From assembly GCF_009914755.1 (NCBI RefSeq), contig NC_060928.1: a stretch of DNA of 64,000 bases; one strand, written 5' to 3'. This document shows, in pieces, positions 59,504 to 64,000 of this stretch. The stretch is from the human T2T-CHM13v2.0 reference genome, Homo sapiens. The notes beneath the pieces are model-generated. The model saw only the letters and a list, made by a program, of their open reading frames with translations, was not told where the DNA came from and did no database searches. Position 1 is the first letter of the stretch; the number at the start of each line of letters is the position of its first letter. The position numbers and the translations under genes are program-made.

Positions 59504-60834
59504 TCATTCATTCTTTTATAAATAAATAAGAAATTATTATATCCAATATAATGTTTGATAATATCATACAACATAGCATCAAGAGTATGCTATGACCATT
59601 TGCAGCAGAACAATCCTACACCTTTAAAGTCTACCTGATTTGGACATTTTTTAAAAAAGGATGAAGGGTTTTCTGAATGGCTGACTTATTTTTTCTATAC
59701 ATGAGGAAAGAACCAAATGAGCTCCAAAGTATAAGTATACTCACATGCCTTCCTCAGAATAGATCAAATAATTATAACAGGTTAGCCTTGGGTGCAAGAA
59801 TTTCAAGACAAGTCAAAATATCATATTTTACCCAATCTCAGGTAACATGTATTTCTTGGGTACTTAACTATGTTGTCAGACACTATATTGAACTTTTAGC
59901 ATGTATTATCTCATTGAATCCTCACATGTAATTCATCTGGAGCTGTTAAAGCTAACATTTGCTCCCCTATAGTCTGATGAAAGACTATTTTTCTACCTTC
60001 CTTATTAGTCTCTTCACATTTGGTTTCTTTTTCATCTGCAGTTCATTATTGATTGCAAGCTAAATCGTCAAAGCTAACACAATTTCCAAATAATGCTTCC
60101 CAGCCAGCAAGAATCATGCAAAATGAAAAGCAGTGATTTGACATGAAGAGGACAATTTTTCTCACAGCTCGAACATAAATTGTCACCATTCATGAACTCC
60201 AGTAGACTGCTCTTCCTTTATGATTTGTTCTTATTCATGCCCCAGGTGAACAGGAATAAAGCCCAGGGCACTGAGCCAGTGTGCTGAACCCAAGACAGGT
60301 GGCACAATAAGATACTAGCCTTTAAAATATGCATTCGGTTGGAACCTGCAATTTCATCCACTTCTAAAAATTTTTCCCAGGAATATAGTCAGATACCAAC
60401 TAAGATGTATCAATGATGATGACCAATCCAGTGTTGTTTACAACAATAAAAATTATGAGCAAACTAAAGGACCAAGAGTAGAAAACTGACTAAGGACATT
60501 GTGATAATTAATAAGATAAATTACTATTTAGCCATTAAATATATATATATATACACATTTTAAAGTATTTTTAACAATGTATAAAATGCTAAAGATATAT
60601 TGCTAAGCAGCAAACACTATGCATCAAGTTATACCATACATTAACATACACATACAAAATTTTATATAAAAATAATTTATACATAATTTATAATATATAC
60701 TTTTTTATATAAATCCTATATATAAGATTTTTAAATATGAAAACAATTCAGAATTTTTTTCTTTTTTGACATTTTCTGTTTTTTACCTTGACTGTATAAT
60801 TTTTAAAAGCAAAAAGATCACTTATGATATAGAC

Positions 60835-63100
60835 TTCAATTCAACAAATACTTTTCAGTAGCCTATTATGTAATTAAATTAAGTTTAACAAACATTTCTT
60901 TAATGAACCATACACATGACTGTAGATATAATAAAGAGTACAACCTGATCCCTGCTCTTGATGAGCTCACAGTTTAGCAAGAGGAACGTATAACAAGTCA
61001 AAACAACTAATCCTAATAGTTGTTATGAAAGAGCAGTGGAGATACAAAGAGGAAGTAGTCACCTCAAACTGGAAAAGCAATGGTAGGTAAAGAGACAGGA
61101 AGGTATTCCAGGTAGAATAAAAAACATCTACCAATGTATGCTGTCATGCACACTGGAATGGAAAGTAAAAGCAAGTAAGTGGGAAAATATGAAGATGAAG
61201 AAGAAGGTAGGGGCATTATCATGATGGACTCTTGAAGCATTAAGGTACAGACTCTACAGCTGCACCAGCCACATGTGAATTGAATTCTTGAAATGTGGCT
61301 AATCCTAATTGAGATGTACTGTAAATATAAAACACCACACCAGATTTTGAAGACTTCATATTTAAAAATGAGAAATAACTCATTAATAATTTTTATGTTG
61401 ATTACATGCTGAAATGACATTTTTGTGTACATTGGGTTAAATTAAGTATATTATTTAAATTGATTTTATTCAATTATTATTATTTTTCATAATGTGGCTA
61501 CTAAACATATATTTTAAATTATACACATGACTCACAGTATGTATCTACTGGACAGCATTGTTCTAGAGGATAGATTAGAGGAACACAGTTCTGGAAGGAG
61601 GAAGACCAGTTAGAAAGCTTTTAAAGAACCCAGGTAAGATTCAATGAAAGATTAAACCAGGCAAGTGCAAATAGGGATAGAGAGGATCCGTTGGAGTTAT
61701 AAAAGAGAGTGCATTGACAAAACAAGTCCAGTTCAATAAGAAATGAGGATCTGGTAAGTGTCTGGAATGCCCTCAGTTTTTTGGCTTGATAACCATAGGA
61801 ACAGTAGTAACCTTAGGGAAAATAAGGAATACAAAAGGAAGACCAGATCTGTCTGTAAAGATTCATTCATTCAAATATTATTTATTGAGCATCTACCATG
61901 TGCTAGTTATTATTTAGCTGGTTAGGTGCTAGGAAACTAGCAGTGATGAAGCAGATGAGGTCCCTGCTCTCCTGGAGCTTACTTACACTCTATTACAAGC
62001 ACATAAAGAGCTCAATTTAGCCATGTTTAAAGTGAGATGGCTATGGCACATTCAGATAAAAATGTCAACTAGACATTTAAGTATAAAATTTAGGAGAAAG
62101 ATAGGAATGGTAGTTTGAGATCTGGGGATCATTGTGGTGATTCCACCTAGAGACAGCATGTAAAAAACAAAACCCTGAAAAACACTAGCTATCTAAAGGT
62201 AATGTGGAGAAGGAAGAATCAGTGAAAAATATAGATAGAGGAGAACTAGGAGAAAACAGTGTCAAAAAAGCCAAGGAAGAATAAAATTTTAAGTGTGGTC
62301 AACCATGTTCAATGGAGTAGATTGGTTAACCCAATGACTACCAAGTATCCATATGTAGCTACGAGGCTATTGCTTACCTTTTGGAAGGCATTTTTCATGG
62401 GATGGTGGGGACAAAACCCAAGTCACAAATGGCTGAAACATGAATGGAGGTGAGGAGTAAAGTCAGCACCTGAGTACTGTTCCTTTGAAGAACTTGGCTG
62501 GGTAGGACAGTGGCTAGAAAAGATAAAATCTCAAGAGAGAGCCTAAGATGAGAGAGATTGAAATATGTTTTCGGGTATGAGGGAAGGACCAGTGGAGAGG
62601 ACTGAAAATAGAGGAAAACAGAGGAATATGTGATAGACTAAGATCACATGGGAGTTGAAAGTAGATGCGATGAAAAGCACTGGGGGATATATTAGTCTTG
62701 ACAACAAAATGGAACACCTTTGCTTGACACTCCAGGTGTCAGGAGGAATTTTTAAAAGACAAATGTGTAGAAAGAAGGACTTGAAAGAGTTCCTGCCTGA
62801 TGACCAGCACTCCCTGTTAATTAGGGGATGATTAGGGAAAGTAGGGAGAGTGGAAACTGAACAGAAGGCCTCCAGAGAGGGATGAAAGTTTAAAATAGCT
62901 GCTGAAGGGAACAGAAGAGCAAGGTGACAATGAATAAATAAGAAGAATATCCAGTAGTACTAAGGATTCCATTGAGATTGGGGACCATATGCTTATGCGC
63001 TATGAATAGCTCCTATTGTGTGTTTGTTCTCTAACTGTGCTGAAGAGTCCATATGTGGAAGTGAACTAATTAAATGGAAGAACTGGCCCAAAGTCTCATA
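60835..63100 (-). mobile_element. Cluster of L2 fragments
   Basis: TTCATTCATTCAAATATTATTTATTGAGCATCTACCATGTGCTAG, TCCCTGCTCTCCTGGAGCTTAC and purine-rich L2-like body. Confidence 0.6.
61257..61560. mobile_element. MER33-like hAT-Charlie DNA transposon
   Basis: AGCCACATGTG...TTGAAATGTGGCTA, ACACCAGATTTTGAAGACTT, TTGATTACATGCTGAAATG, terminal TGGACAGCATTG. Confidence 0.8.
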
Positions 63101-63339
63101 TTTGCAGAGCATTGAAAGCAGAAAGATGATTTGGGAATCTGAGGGTAATCGTAGCAGAGAAGTTCAAACCATTGCAGATAGAATCTTGCCTGGTAGAAGA
63201 AGTGATCAGAAGCACATTGATTGATGCAGGAAAAAAATAAGAGGGTTAAGAGGTTGGAAGGCTGTCCTGATAAGGCTGGTGAGCTGCTAGAAAGAAATTG
63301 TAAATAAGAAATGATGTTTCTCCAAAATAACAATAATAT

Positions 63340-63570
63340 ATCAACAATAATAAATAGCTCTTCATTATTAAGCAATTACTATGTGGCAGGCAGTGTATTA
63401 AAATTTTTTTAACTTTACATTTAATTGTAATGACAACCCTGTGAGGTAATTACTATTATTATATCCTTTTTGTTTTCTTTTAAACAAGTAAATTAAAGTA
63501 CTGAGAGTTTAAATAACTTGCTAAGACTGTAGAGCCAGTAGGTGGTGGAGCCCTCTTTCTTAATCACTGT
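63340..63570 (-). mobile_element. MIR
   Basis: TTACTATGTGGCAGGCAGTGT; ACAACCCTGTGAGGTAATTACTATTATTATATCC; AAATAACTTGCTAAGACT. Confidence 0.75.
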
Positions 63571-64000
63571 ACAGGCCAAAGGCAAAGACATAAAGATATA
63601 GTTTATTTAAAAAGGAGTAAGGTTTCACGGAAAACAGAGGGAAATGGACAGTAAGAAAATAAGTGGAGACTAGAGAAGCAGAGTTCAGAAAGAAGAGTAC
63701 ACAGTGAATGGAGATAAAGTTAGAGGAGACAAGAATAAATCATTGAGGAGGCCCACAATTTTAATGGTGCTAAAAGATTACCAGAATGAGTGGCATTGAA
63801 AAAATAACTGACCCTAGAATTTTTCAGCTTTACAAATAAGATTACTGGAGCCAGCTCAAAGCACATACAATATATTACAGACAGTTCAGAGAATAAAGTT
63901 GAAAGGCCCATGCCAGCCCCCAAGGAACTTACAATCTAGAGATGAATAAAACAAGTATGTTTAAAAAGCACAAAACAAGCCAGGATAAGAAAATGTCAGA

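Overview
Primate (very probably human) repeat-dense, non-coding DNA, either intergenic or deep intronic. I recognise no intact host protein-coding exon; almost all of the ORF track is Alu, L1 or ERV translation noise. Two nested-insertion clusters dominate. (1) ~3.7-17.8 kb: four levels of LINE-1 nesting (ancient L1M > near full-length L1MA-type > L1PA13-16-type 3' piece > L1PA3). The innermost L1PA3 (7573-10743, 15-bp TSD) is 5'-inverted and lacks ~3 kb internally, which puts its antisense promoter/ORF0 directly upstream of an open 477-codon frame encoding the ORF2p C-terminus and the L1 polyA. (2) 32484-51664: a two-LTR MER57-type ERV1 provirus (minus strand; ATAT TSD, tRNA-Leu PBS, PPT, integrase and env remnants), expanded to 19 kb by an MLT2A LTR, AluJ, an L1PA16-like copy and an L1MA2-like copy. 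That L1MA2-like copy carries a full-length processed FKBP4 (FKBP52) pseudogene, a THE1 LTR and an AluS. A second, truncated ERV with a tRNA-Lys PBS lies at 27.4-30.6 kb. Subfamily names are recalled from consensus sequences and need RepeatMasker/Dfam confirmation. The sequence alone shows no new biological system; the rearranged L1PA3 cassette is the best lead.
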